Shown: one piece after another, positions 35,261-44,716 of the stretch
How positions within the stretch are numbered: position 1 is the stretch's first letter
How the letters are laid out: each line of letters starts with the position of its first letter
Source of the DNA: a virus
Taxonomy: Duplodnaviria; Caudoviricetes
Strand: one strand, 5' to 3'
DNA length: 53,287 nt
IMG/VR virus record: IMGVR_UViG_3300028293_000002
Coordinates: 1 to 53,287 of that record
Program-made: the position numbers and the translations under genes
The notes under the pieces: model-generated
Database searches by the model: none
Told to the model about the DNA's origin: nothing
Seen by the model: the letters and a program-made list of their open reading frames with translations, nothing else

Positions 35261-35915
35261 CTGGTTCCGTCAATGGGCCGACCGGCACGCCGCCATCTTC
35301 GGGCTGACCAGCCCGCAAGATTTGGAAATGTTCGCGGCTTGGCGAGGAGCCTTCGTCAGCGCTGGCTTCACGTTTTCGGAACTGAACGCGGCGACGGACT
35401 GGATGGTCAAGCAAAGCGCCCCAGAGTTCCGCAACGAACATCTGAAGATGATCCAAACATTCATCCGGCAACGGCGAGACGAGCAACGGCGATTCGAGCA
35501 GCAGACCGCGGCACCGATGGGGAAAAGCTACTGCTCGCTTTGCGGTGGAACGGGCATGGTCGTTGTTCCTCATCCGCGGTTCGTGATCGACGGCGAATGG
35601 ACGATGAATAGCAGCTACCAGCCGACGGCCGCGGTGTCTTGCTTGTGCGAAGTCGGCAAGCGCATCGAGCAAGCGCAGTTCAACAAAGAACGCAATCAGA
35701 AGCTGATGAGCCTTGGGCTTTACGAGACGCGGATACCTCGCGGGCTATGGACCGCGCTTTTGCACCACAAGAGCAAAGCGGCTGGCGCAAACAAGAAAGC
35801 CGAAGAGGCGACCAGGGCGGCGGACAAGCGGGGCAAGGTTAGGAAGCCTGCCGCGCTGGCGGAAACCGAAGAAGCACCGGCAATTACAGGCTCTGACGAC
35901 GATACGCCATTTTGA
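35253..35915 (+). CDS. Putative helicase-loader/replication accessory protein with Zn finger
   Basis: Follows the initiator; CSLCGGTG...CLC; acidic DDDTPF tail. Confidence 0.55.
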   Translation: MSDWFRQWADRHAAIFGLTSPQDLEMFAAWRGAFVSAGFTFSELNAATDWMVKQSAPEFRNEHLKMIQTFIRQRRDEQRRFEQQTAAPMGKSYCSLCGGTGMVVVPHPRFVIDGEWTMNSSYQPTAAVSCLCEVGKRIEQAQFNKERNQKLMSLGLYETRIPRGLWTALLHHKSKAAGANKKAEEATRAADKRGKVRKPAALAETEEAPAITGSDDDTPF

Positions 35916-35925
35916 GGGAGCCGAT

Positions 35926-36321
35926 GTGATTTACTTCATTCAGGAAAACGACACGGGCAACATCAAGATCGGCTACACGGCAAGCAAATGCGCCGATTCA
36001 AGACTCAAGGCGTTGCAGACTGGTAACCCGGAACGGCTGACGGTGCTGGCGACGTTCCAGGGAGACGAACGAGCCGAGCGGTGGATGCACGCCGAATTCT
36101 CTCAGTTCCGCGTGGCTGGTGAATGGTTCAGGCCAGCGGCTCCGCTGATCAAGTTCATCATCGACACCGTGAGAGAAGTTGCCGAATGCCGCAAAAACGT
36201 CGAAGGATCATGCGCGTTTTGCACCGAAACGATAACCGAGCAACAACTCGAAGACAGCGAACTCTACTGCCCTCACTGCTTCACGACGATCAAAGCGAAT
36301 CTCGTTAAACAAAAATACTGA
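35926..36321 (+). CDS. GIY-YIG (T5orf172/MUG113) nuclease-domain protein
   Basis: IYFIQ...IKIGYT...RLKALQTGNP...E...H..F...R..GEWF; C-terminal CxxC...CxxC. Confidence 0.88.
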   Translation: MIYFIQENDTGNIKIGYTASKCADSRLKALQTGNPERLTVLATFQGDERAERWMHAEFSQFRVAGEWFRPAAPLIKFIIDTVREVAECRKNVEGSCAFCTETITEQQLEDSELYCPHCFTTIKANLVKQKY

Positions 36322-36327
36322 ATCCTG

Positions 36328-36356
36328 TTGACTTCCACAAGCTAACCGCTTAGTAT
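36328..36356 (+). promoter_or_regulatory. Leaderless promoter TTGACT-17-TAGTAT-6-ATG
   Basis: Spacing read directly. Confidence 0.75.
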
Positions 36357-36362
36357 CTCACC

Positions 36363-36515
36363 ATGAGCAGCCGTCTATCCCACTCTGAGTTTTCTCGCCG
36401 CGGCGGCAAGCGCTGCCTCGAAACGATGACGCCCGAGGCTCGCCGGGAGCGGGCGCGGCTGGCGGGGCTGGCGAGCGCGGCGGCGCGGCGGAAGCGGGCC
36501 GGCAAGAAGCGCTGA
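36363..36515 (+). CDS. 50-aa basic KGG-like peptide (not in ORF track)
   Basis: MSSRLSHSEFSRRGGKRCLETMTPEARRERARLAGLASAAARRKRAGKKR*. Confidence 0.7.
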   Translation: MSSRLSHSEFSRRGGKRCLETMTPEARRERARLAGLASAAARRKRAGKKR

Positions 36516-36583
36516 ACCGCTCCGCCTCGCCCTTGGAGACGAAGGGGGTAGCGACGAGCCAGCGGATGTAAGCGAGATCGCCC

Positions 36584-36778
36584 ATGCAGGTACAGAGAGC
36601 AAGAAAGGCGCCCAAGGTTCGGTACTGGTATCGCCGGCACGTTGGCGAGTGTCCTGTGTGCGGACGCGATCAGTCGTATCGGGAGCGGGTGTATGGGCCA
36701 AAGCCGAAGCACCCGACGCTGCTGGTGGTCCAGTTGACGGATTTTCAAAGTTATGACGGCTGCTTGGAGCGGGGATAG
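36584..36778 (+). CDS. Small Cys-containing protein (64 aa)
   Basis: ECPVCG...YDGC. Confidence 0.6.
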   Translation: MQVQRARKAPKVRYWYRRHVGECPVCGRDQSYRERVYGPKPKHPTLLVVQLTDFQSYDGCLERG

Positions 36779-36780
36779 CG

Positions 36781-37305
36781 ATGCCGACGGTGAAGACGTG
36801 GCCGACAACCTGCCGCCCCCTCGAAGAGCTTACCGCCGAAGGGCGGGTGAGTGACGGGGCGAAGCTGCCGGCAGAGCAAGGGCCGAAGCCGCGTAAACGC
36901 CCCGCCCCGGAACTCGTCGCCCCCGGCTTCATCGCCCCGGCAACGTGGATCATCCCGCTCGTGACCGCGAGCGAGGCGAACGGGCGGGAGTGGCGGAAGC
37001 GGTCGAAGCGGACGGATCTGGCGTGGCGGGCTGTCAGCAAGGCACTAGGGCCGCATTTGGTAAGCGCCGCCCTTGCCGCGGCCCCGTATCACCGGGGCGA
37101 GCCGATCAGGGTGTTCCTGACGCGGTTGGGGGGACGGCTGCTGGATCGGAGCAACCTGCCCATGGCGCTAAAGGCCACCGAGGATGCGTTGGCGTTTATT
37201 CTCGGCTGCGATGACGGCAACCCACTGTGGCAGGCGGAGTGGTTCCAGAAGTGCGGCGGACCGTGCGGGGTCGAGGTCGCGATTGGGCCGGGGACGAGGG
37301 GGTGA
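36781..37305 (+). CDS. RusA-like Holliday junction resolvase
   Basis: P..T.SEAN, LTR....LD.SNL..ALK..ED.LA..LG.DDG. Confidence 0.7.
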   Translation: MPTVKTWPTTCRPLEELTAEGRVSDGAKLPAEQGPKPRKRPAPELVAPGFIAPATWIIPLVTASEANGREWRKRSKRTDLAWRAVSKALGPHLVSAALAAAPYHRGEPIRVFLTRLGGRLLDRSNLPMALKATEDALAFILGCDDGNPLWQAEWFQKCGGPCGVEVAIGPGTRG

Positions 37306-37550
37306 GGGCGATGGCAGAGAAGATCGTAACGAAGCGAGACCTGAAGGCATTCCACACAGCGGCGAAGGCCATCGTGAAGCGGATCGCGGACGCCCGCGAC
37401 GACCTGCGAAACCTGATGAGCGATTACGCCGACATCCTCAACAGCACCGACGGCGCGCTGGACGAGTTTGAGGGCGTAATCGACAAGCTGTCCGAGTTGC
37501 TTTGACGGTTATGAGAGTGTGCTGAACACAAGGGTTCACTGGAGGACGAC

Positions 37551-37766
37551 ATGACGGACCTGAAGCATACGAACGTGGCCGCAATTCATCTGGAGGCCAG
37601 GGCCGGTGGCGAAATCAGCCGCTGCTTGAGAGAGGCGTTGGCAGTGGCCGTAACCGAATGGAGAACCGTTCGGCTTCTCCACAATGGCCGATCATACATC
37701 GTGCCGATTTCCTCCCTCGAAAAGCTTTTGGAAAACGTGAACGTGACGGCTGTTGTCGAGAAGTGA
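37551..37766 (+). CDS. Hypothetical protein (71 aa)
   Basis: GGAGG RBS. Confidence 0.65.
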   Translation: MTDLKHTNVAAIHLEARAGGEISRCLREALAVAVTEWRTVRLLHNGRSYIVPISSLEKLLENVNVTAVVEK

Positions 37767-38066
37767 GAACTAGCCAGGTGGAAAGGTTCCCAATGGACAC
37801 GTTGACCGACGCCGAAAAGGCAAAGCTAGTCGAAGTTCTGGAGCGAGCGAGCCACGAAATCGAGAGCCGACTTTATTACAGTCGTCGCAATTTCGAGAAC
37901 ATGGTCCGGTGGTTCGGCGGGAAAGAAAAGCGAGAAGCAGACATCAATGAACTCGCGGCAGAGGCTGACATGATCGGCGCTCTGTGTGTGAAGCTCGGTG
38001 CGAAACGACAGACGATGGAAGACTGAACGCGCGTAGTCGACTAATTAGGATGACAGGAGTTAGACA

Positions 38067-39560
38067 ATGACAATCGAACTGGATCGCTTTAGTCGGCCGA
38101 GCGCGGTCTATCGCGAGTTCCTGAAAAAGAAGCTACAACTTCGCCACGATGGCGGGTTTACGCCGACGTTCATTCCCGACCAGCTTTTCGACTTCCAGAA
38201 GTTCCTTGTCGAATGGGCGGTGAAGCGGGGCCGCGGGGCCGTGTTCGCCGACTGCGGGCTTGGGAAGTCGTTCCAAGCCCTGGCGTGGGCTGAGAACGTC
38301 GTTCGGCACACGAACAAGCCGGTGTTGATCCTGACCCCGCTCGCCGTGGCTCACCAATTCGTCACCGAGGGGGCGAAGTTCGGTATCGAGTGCTGCCGCT
38401 CGTCAGACGGGAAGTACGCGGCGAAGATCGTGGCCACGAACTACCAGCGGCTGCACTACTTCAACTCGGCCGACTTTGCCGGGGTGGTCTGCGACGAAAG
38501 CAGCATCCTCAAGAATTTCGACGGGTCAACGAAAGCCGCGGTGACGGAGTTCATGCGGCTTATTCCCTACCGTTTGCTCTGCACGGCCACGGCCGCGCCG
38601 AATGACTTTGTGGAACTCGGCACGTCATCCGAGGCCCTGGGGGAATTGGGCTTTCAGGACATGGTGACGAAGTTCTTTCGGAAGGAAACCGCCAAGGATT
38701 ACCTGGGGTGGGGCCGGACAAAGTACCTGCTCCGCACGCACGCCGAACGGGATTTCTGGCGGTGGGTTTGCTCGTGGGCTCGTGCGTGCCGGAAGCCGTC
38801 CGACCTGGGGTTTGACGACGGCAAGTACATCCTGCCGCCGCTGACGATCAATGAATTCGTGGTCGAGGCGAAGCAGAAGCGGGCGGGTCATCTGTTCGAT
38901 GTGCCGGCTCAAGATCAGCGGGAACTTCAAGAGGAACGTCGCCGGACGGTTGGCGAGCGGTGCGAGAAAGCGGCTGAACTGGTCAACGGCACTGGTCAGC
39001 CGGCCGTGGTCTGGTGTCACCTGAACGATGAAGGCGACTTGCTCGAGCGCCTCATTCCCGATTCGGTTCAGGTGTCCGGCTCAGACGATGACGACGCGAA
39101 AGAGGAACGGCTTGACGCTTTCGCTCGCGGGCAAATCCGCGTGCTGGTGACGAAGCCGAAGATCGCACAGTTCGGCCTGAACCTGCAAGTATGTGCCCAC
39201 GCAGTCTACTTCCCGTCCGACTCTTTCGAGAGTTGGTATCAGAGCATCCGCCGATGCTGGCGGTTCGGCCAGACGCGGCCGGTCGTCGCCGACGTGATCG
39301 CGAGCGAAGGACAAGCCGGCGTGCGGGCGAACCTGCAACGGAAGCAAGACAAGTGCGAGACGATGTTCCGCAACTTGATCGCCCTGATGAATGAACACCT
39401 GCAAATCAAACTGGATGACCGATTCACGAAGAAAGCGAGCGTGCCGACGTGGCTCTGTGGTACTTCGTCTGCTGCTGCGGTGCCAAATGGTTCGGGAAAC
39501 GGCAAGCCGCGTCGTGCCCGCGGTACGGAGAAAACCGACGAAGCCGTGGAAAGCAAGTAG
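38067..39560 (+). CDS. SNF2-like (SF2) helicase (497 aa)
   Basis: ADCGLGKS, VCDESS, TATAAPND, FGLNLQ, YQSIRRCWRFGQ. Confidence 0.92.
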   Translation: MTIELDRFSRPSAVYREFLKKKLQLRHDGGFTPTFIPDQLFDFQKFLVEWAVKRGRGAVFADCGLGKSFQALAWAENVVRHTNKPVLILTPLAVAHQFVTEGAKFGIECCRSSDGKYAAKIVATNYQRLHYFNSADFAGVVCDESSILKNFDGSTKAAVTEFMRLIPYRLLCTATAAPNDFVELGTSSEALGELGFQDMVTKFFRKETAKDYLGWGRTKYLLRTHAERDFWRWVCSWARACRKPSDLGFDDGKYILPPLTINEFVVEAKQKRAGHLFDVPAQDQRELQEERRRTVGERCEKAAELVNGTGQPAVVWCHLNDEGDLLERLIPDSVQVSGSDDDDAKEERLDAFARGQIRVLVTKPKIAQFGLNLQVCAHAVYFPSDSFESWYQSIRRCWRFGQTRPVVADVIASEGQAGVRANLQRKQDKCETMFRNLIALMNEHLQIKLDDRFTKKASVPTWLCGTSSAAAVPNGSGNGKPRRARGTEKTDEAVESK

Positions 39561-39586
39561 TCCCCTGGAAGAAAGGCAATTGACCA

Positions 39587-40633
39587 GTGGCCATCATCGA
39601 CCAAGTAATCACCGACCGCTACGCTTTATACAACGGCGATTCGTGCGAGTTGTTGCCGACTCTGCCGGATGAGTCGGTCCACCTGACGATCTACTCTCCA
39701 CCGTTCGCCACGGAGGACGGCGGGGCACTGTACCACTACAGCAGCTCCGAACGCGACTTGTCGAACTCGCGGACCTACGGCGAGTTCTTCACCCACTACG
39801 AATTCATCGTCAGGGAACTCTACCGCCTGACGCTGCCGGGCCGGATTACCGCCGTGCATTGCATGGACGTGCCGCGCGACGGGGCGAACCAATGCTCCTA
39901 CGTCGACTTCCCCGGCGACATTATCCGCCTGCACGAAAAGGTCGGTTTCGAGATGCTGCCCCGCATCTGCATCTGGAAGGAACCGCTCGCGGTGCGAAAC
40001 CGCACGATGAGCAAAGCACTGGCTCATCGGCAGATCGTAGAGGACTCGACGCTCACGAACGTCGCCGCGGCCGACTACCTCATCCCGTTCCGCAAGCGCG
40101 GCACGAATCCCGTCCCCGTGGTTCATCCTCACGGGCTCATGTCCTACGCAGGGGCTCGAAAGATGCCCCACGACTTGCTGAAGTACCGGGGCTGGAAGGG
40201 CAAGCAGACAGGGAATCGCTACTCGCATTGGATTTGGCGACAGTACGCTTCGGCCGTCTGGAACGACATCCGCGGCAACCTTGGGACCGACGACAAAGAG
40301 GGCGGCATTCGGCAACGTGGAGTGCTTCCCTATCAGGACTGCAAGGAAGCCGAGGATGAGCGGCACATGCACCCGTTGCAGCTTGATGTGATCGAGCGGG
40401 CCGTGGTGCTGTGGAGCAATCCCGGCGAGACGGTACTTACCCCGTTCGCCGGAGTCGGCAGCGAAGTCTACGGGGCCGTCATCAACAGTCGCAAGGGCAT
40501 CGGCTGCGAACTGAAGCCGAGTTACTGGCGTCAGTCTGTGGCGAACCTGAAAGACGCTCCCGACTCGCCGGTAGAGGAAGAGAACGCGGACCTATTCGCG
40601 GCCGTGGCGGATGCTCAAGAGGACGACGAGTGA
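39587..40633 (+). CDS. DNA amino-methyltransferase (N4/N6, beta class; 348 aa)
   Basis: YSPPF catalytic motif; H..PLQL; VLTPFAGVGSE SAM-binding motif. Confidence 0.92.
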   Translation: MAIIDQVITDRYALYNGDSCELLPTLPDESVHLTIYSPPFATEDGGALYHYSSSERDLSNSRTYGEFFTHYEFIVRELYRLTLPGRITAVHCMDVPRDGANQCSYVDFPGDIIRLHEKVGFEMLPRICIWKEPLAVRNRTMSKALAHRQIVEDSTLTNVAAADYLIPFRKRGTNPVPVVHPHGLMSYAGARKMPHDLLKYRGWKGKQTGNRYSHWIWRQYASAVWNDIRGNLGTDDKEGGIRQRGVLPYQDCKEAEDERHMHPLQLDVIERAVVLWSNPGETVLTPFAGVGSEVYGAVINSRKGIGCELKPSYWRQSVANLKDAPDSPVEEENADLFAAVADAQEDDE

Positions 40634-40809
40634 AACGTGATGCTCGAGCTGTTCGGGTCGAGAATCGCCGCTTGCGTCGGCTGGTGATGGCAATGGCCCA
40701 GCGAATGTACCTGATGAGCCAACACCTGACCTTGATCGCGGAGCGGCAGACGCGGAACGACAGACTTAAACGAGGGTGAGACTTATCACCCGCAAACAGG
40801 AGTACCGCA

Positions 40810-41169
40810 ATGAGTCGAGAAACTGAATTGGAAGACTCAATCGTCGTCCTGATTGGCGAACGCAACGACGCCCTCGACAAACTAGCCGCCGCTCAGCAGC
40901 GGGAAGCGGGGTGGCGGGCCTTCCTCGACTCGGCGATCAACGAACTCGACCCGGAAATGCGGCGGGCCGACATCGTTCGACTTCGAGAAGAAGGAATCCG
41001 CTTGCGTGCCGACCTCGCGGCCAGCGAACCGGCCCGGCCGAGCATGAGCAAGGAAACCGCGGCCGAAGCCTACTCTGCGCTGTTTGGAGAGCCGCCGTCA
41101 GTGACCGGCACGGCTGGTACGGAGATGCCGCCAAATGTCGGCTGTCCGTCGATGGACGACGGCGAGTGA
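40810..41169 (+). CDS. Coiled-coil hypothetical protein (119 aa)
   Basis: AGGAG RBS. Confidence 0.65.
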   Translation: MSRETELEDSIVVLIGERNDALDKLAAAQQREAGWRAFLDSAINELDPEMRRADIVRLREEGIRLRADLAASEPARPSMSKETAAEAYSALFGEPPSVTGTAGTEMPPNVGCPSMDDGE

Positions 41170-41209
41170 ACCGCCCGGCCTAGGTAATTAGTCAAACGGA
41201 GAAACGAAG

Positions 41210-41554
41210 ATGACCGACGAACAACACGACCAGAACTGCGAACGGCGCGAGGCATTGGTTCGCCAGATCGGCGCCATCATGGGCTGGGACTACCACCAGT
41301 CACCCATCTACGCCGGCCTGCGGAAAGTGGCGATCGCCGACGCCACGGTAATCGGGCTCGACAAGCTAGAGCAGATAATCGGCCGGCTGGAGGGCCTGAC
41401 CTCCATCGCGGCCGGGCACCAGAAGGCAGTCGAACTGCTGGAGCGCGTCGTCGTCGCTTCCCATATGCGACAGCACGCGGCGTTGCGCGGACCGACGTTT
41501 GAGGAATGCCGCGAAGGATTCTGCGGCGAGTACCACAAGCTAGCCGCGAAGTGA
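41210..41554 (+). CDS. Hypothetical protein; C-terminal His/Cys module shared with 42498..42842
   Basis: AVELLERVVVASHMRQH...C...FCGEYHK. Confidence 0.7.
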   Translation: MTDEQHDQNCERREALVRQIGAIMGWDYHQSPIYAGLRKVAIADATVIGLDKLEQIIGRLEGLTSIAAGHQKAVELLERVVVASHMRQHAALRGPTFEECREGFCGEYHKLAAK

Positions 41555-41581
41555 GAACGTGTTCGGCGTGGAGGTTCCCCG

Positions 41582-42073
41582 ATGATTGGTCCGTTTATCT
41601 TTCTCGACATCGACGGCGTGCTGAACGGACACCAGCAGCACGACAACCGCTACTGCGGCACCGACCCTGAGAGCGTCAAGGTTCTCAACGGGTTGCTGGA
41701 CGCCACTAAGGCGAAGATCGTGCTGGTGAGCGCGTGGCGGTACTTCATCCTCCGCGGCGAGATGACGCTGGCCGGGTTCAACGGGCTAATGCACACCCAC
41801 GGGCTCAACTTCCATAGCGTCGTTGACCACGTTGGCCCGGATCGCGGCTGGCAGATGGATCGCGCCTTCCTGATCCGCGAGTGGTTCGATAACCGCTACG
41901 GCACGGCGCACGCGGTCAACTTCGCGATCCTTGACGACATGGACCTTGGATACAGCGGCTCGCTCTTGAAGCACTTCTTTCAGACTGACGGCAAGGTCGG
42001 TCTGAAGGGGTTTGGCCCGGAGAAACTCGACAGGCTTGAGAGCTTGCTGCTTGGCAACAGGAGAGCGATGTGA
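41582..42073 (+). CDS. HAD-superfamily phosphatase (HAD_SAK_2-like)
   Basis: IFLDIDGVLN, IVLVSAWR, FAILDD, GL. Confidence 0.88.
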   Translation: MIGPFIFLDIDGVLNGHQQHDNRYCGTDPESVKVLNGLLDATKAKIVLVSAWRYFILRGEMTLAGFNGLMHTHGLNFHSVVDHVGPDRGWQMDRAFLIREWFDNRYGTAHAVNFAILDDMDLGYSGSLLKHFFQTDGKVGLKGFGPEKLDRLESLLLGNRRAM

Positions 42074-42330
42074 CCCCAGCCGAGAAACTCGCGAAGAACA
42101 AGCCCGCTCGCGCCAACGGCCGCATCAAGGCAGTGTGGGTGTGTCGCTTGGAAGAGATTCGCACGAACCTGGGGCTATCGACTCGCGACGTTGCTAAGGC
42201 AATCGGATCGAACGCCAGCAATTACTGGCGCATCGAACAAGGGGCTGAAACGTCCCTCACGAACGCCCGCAAGATCGCGGCGTTTTTCGGGAAGAGCATC
42301 GAAGAGATTTGGCCCCGCGCGGCCGGCTGA
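42070..42330 (+). CDS. XRE-family HTH regulator (86 aa)
   Basis: R..LGLS..DVAK.IG......RIEQG...SL.NA.KIA.FFG.SIEEIW. Confidence 0.88.
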   Translation: MTPAEKLAKNKPARANGRIKAVWVCRLEEIRTNLGLSTRDVAKAIGSNASNYWRIEQGAETSLTNARKIAAFFGKSIEEIWPRAAG

Positions 42331-42497
42331 GGAATGCTTTCAACGCAAGGGTGCAAAATGAAAAGCGGGGTCGGTGGTGATTGCGTCACCTCGGCCCCGC
42401 CGAGCGCCTAGGCGGCAAGCTCTGCACTGGAGATTCTATCCGTGGACCGGATGAACGCAACGACAGTAGCACGAAAAACGCGGGAGATTCCACGCGC

Positions 42498-42842
42498 ATG
42501 AGCGACTACAAACCCGAACCCTGCCCGCCGAACCTTGACGCCGACGGCCGCTCTCTTTGGGAGCAGTGCGAGTGGATCATTTCGGGCGGCAAGATCGCCA
42601 CGGCCGCGGAACTCCAGATGCAGGCGCTGTACATCCGCCGCGAGCTTCGGCAGGAGAGTCGGGCTAACGCGGCGGTCGACCTGCTCAAGCGTGTCGTCGT
42701 CGCGAGCCACCTGCGGCAGCACGCATCGTTGACTGGCCCAGTGTTCGAGAAGTGCCGCCAATGTTTCTGCGGCGAGTGGCACAAGTTCGTGGAGAGGAGC
42801 GAGCATGAACGCCAAGAAAAAGACGAAGCCGCCGCCGTCTAA
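42498..42842 (+). CDS. Hypothetical protein with the shared His/Cys module
   Basis: AVDLLKRVVVASHLRQH...C...FCGEWHK. Confidence 0.7.
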   Translation: MSDYKPEPCPPNLDADGRSLWEQCEWIISGGKIATAAELQMQALYIRRELRQESRANAAVDLLKRVVVASHLRQHASLTGPVFEKCRQCFCGEWHKFVERSEHERQEKDEAAAV

Positions 42843-43038
42843 CTACATCGCATACTTCACGCTGATTCAGGAGATCGGCGGGCGCCTAGAGGACAGCGGG
42901 CGCGGCATCACGAAGATGGCGGCGTTCGCGCCCGTGTTCCGCGACCAGATTCTGACGGAACTGGCGACCGTCAAAACCTTCTGCGATCAAGCGGCGAAGG
43001 CGATCGACGCGGCCGAGAAGGATTGGGCGGCGAGATAG
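42805..43038 (+). CDS. Hypothetical protein (77 aa)
   Basis: AGGAG RBS. Confidence 0.6.
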   Translation: MNAKKKTKPPPSNYIAYFTLIQEIGGRLEDSGRGITKMAAFAPVFRDQILTELATVKTFCDQAAKAIDAAEKDWAAR

Positions 43039-43068
43039 CGAACCTTTGAACGCGGGAGATTCGAGGGG

Positions 43069-43881
43069 ATGAGCAGCGTCAAGGACAAGGCCGTAGTGAC
43101 AACGCCGATGAACACGGCCCAGCTAATGGCCGCGCTCGCGGCGAAGTACAAGGCGCCGGAGTGGGCATTCATGCCGCAGGTTGCCGACGCCACTGGCTTC
43201 GCCAAGGCCCGAACGGCCGATGCCCTGGCCATGAGCCTCTGGCCGAGTCGTGGCCTGTCTCTGCACGGTTTCGAGGTCAAGGCGTCGCGCGGGGATTGGA
43301 AGAAGGAACTCGACAACCCCGCCAAGGCTGAATCCATCTGCCAGTTTTGCGACTACTGGTGGGTGGTCGTCGGCGAAGCGAAGATCGTCCAAGAGGGCGA
43401 GCTGCCGCCGACGTGGGGGCTGCTGGCTCCGAAGGGCAAAACGCTGGTCGTCGTCAAGCAGGCCCCCGAACTGAAGCCAGCGCCGATGACGCGGCTGTTT
43501 CTCGCAGCGATTCTGCGGAAGGCCGCGGAGTACATCGCGCCAAAGTGGGTGGAGCCAGTTCGCCAGATCGAAACCGACGAATGGAAGTTGGCTTACGATG
43601 GCGGGTACAAGGAAGCCGAACGGAACGCCGAAGACAAGGTGAGGTTGGCCCAACAGGATGTAGCCCGCATGCGCGAGGCGGCTGAGAAGTTCCAGCAAGC
43701 ATCCGGCCTTTATATCGACAATTGGAATGCCGGCCGGATCGGAGAGGCTGTTGCCGTGTTCATGAACCAGACGCGGCGGGGTGAAGTCCTTGAAGACCTC
43801 AAGCGCCGGCTGTTGACCGCAGAGCGCGAGGTCAAGCACTGCCGAGAGCAACTGGCGGCTGTCGAGGACGCAGTGAAGTGA
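43069..43881 (+). CDS. MmcB-like PD-(D/E)xK nuclease (270 aa)
   Basis: R.ADA..M.LWPSRG...GFEVKASRGDW..EL..P.K...CDYWW...ELP..WGLL. Confidence 0.8.
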   Translation: MSSVKDKAVVTTPMNTAQLMAALAAKYKAPEWAFMPQVADATGFAKARTADALAMSLWPSRGLSLHGFEVKASRGDWKKELDNPAKAESICQFCDYWWVVVGEAKIVQEGELPPTWGLLAPKGKTLVVVKQAPELKPAPMTRLFLAAILRKAAEYIAPKWVEPVRQIETDEWKLAYDGGYKEAERNAEDKVRLAQQDVARMREAAEKFQQASGLYIDNWNAGRIGEAVAVFMNQTRRGEVLEDLKRRLLTAEREVKHCREQLAAVEDAVK

Positions 43882-43908
43882 ATCCGTGTGCCAGAGGAGT
43901 GAGGCGAG

Positions 43909-44253
43909 ATGGCCAAATACCAGAGTTATTTTGAGAAGGTGCGCGACTTTCTGCGCGAGCATGGCCCATGTCGGGCAAAGACGATAATTGCCCAAACTGG
44001 CTGCTCGCGGAGCAGCTTGTCGCAAATTCTATTCAGATCGCATCGTGGGTCGTTCGTGTCGTCGCCATTGAACGGGTACAGCCGAGCCAAGCTCTGGTCT
44101 CTAGCGGCAGATACGGACCCAGGATTTGCTCAGTTAACCTTGAGACTCCCGAAAGAGGTTGTCGGGAAAATCCAAGCCATCGCTGATCAGCTCGACATCA
44201 GCGAGGCGGCGGTTGTGTCGCTGCTTCTGGAGCGTTATTTAGGTGACGGGTGA
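43909..44253 (+). CDS. HTH plus ribbon-helix-helix DNA-binding protein (114 aa)
   Basis: N-terminal wHTH pattern; QLTLRLP.E....I..IA....IS...VV..LL. Confidence 0.65.
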   Translation: MAKYQSYFEKVRDFLREHGPCRAKTIIAQTGCSRSSLSQILFRSHRGSFVSSPLNGYSRAKLWSLAADTDPGFAQLTLRLPKEVVGKIQAIADQLDISEAAVVSLLLERYLGDG

Positions 44254-44686
44254 GAACGTATCTACACCGGAGATGAACGAGATGTTTGACACTCAACTCG
44301 AAAATCGGATGAAGCGACACCTGAGCGTCGTCACCTGGGAGGACAACAAAGTCCTCTCCGAAATCCCGATTGACGACCCGTTCCACCACACACGCATCAA
44401 CTACGAGGTTAGGCTGACGCTGTGGGAGCGGATCAAGCTGCTGTTCGCCGGCCGGATCACGGCTGAGTTCCGCGTCCACGTTCGGAGTGACGGCGTTTCG
44501 CAAGGGCGGTGGTTCCAACGGGCCATCATCTGCGACAAGTGCAAGCGCAACCGAATCGACGACCCGCGGCACCCACCCGAGCACGACCACGGCTATCACC
44601 ACGGCGATGAGCGCTGGTGTGAGGACTGCTACTACGAAAGGACCATCGAATCGAAGCCGACGGGGCTCACCAACAACGCGAAGTGA
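44243..44686 (+). CDS. Hypothetical protein with CxxC motifs
   Basis: CDKC...CEDC. Confidence 0.6.
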   Translation: MTGENVSTPEMNEMFDTQLENRMKRHLSVVTWEDNKVLSEIPIDDPFHHTRINYEVRLTLWERIKLLFAGRITAEFRVHVRSDGVSQGRWFQRAIICDKCKRNRIDDPRHPPEHDHGYHHGDERWCEDCYYERTIESKPTGLTNNAK

Positions 44687-44716
44687 ACTACCGCATCCCA
44701 ATCGTGTGAGGCGAGC

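Noticed and set aside
41426-42785. Paired repeats as a DGR template/variable region
   Set aside because: Differences are not adenine-specific and no reverse transcriptase was found
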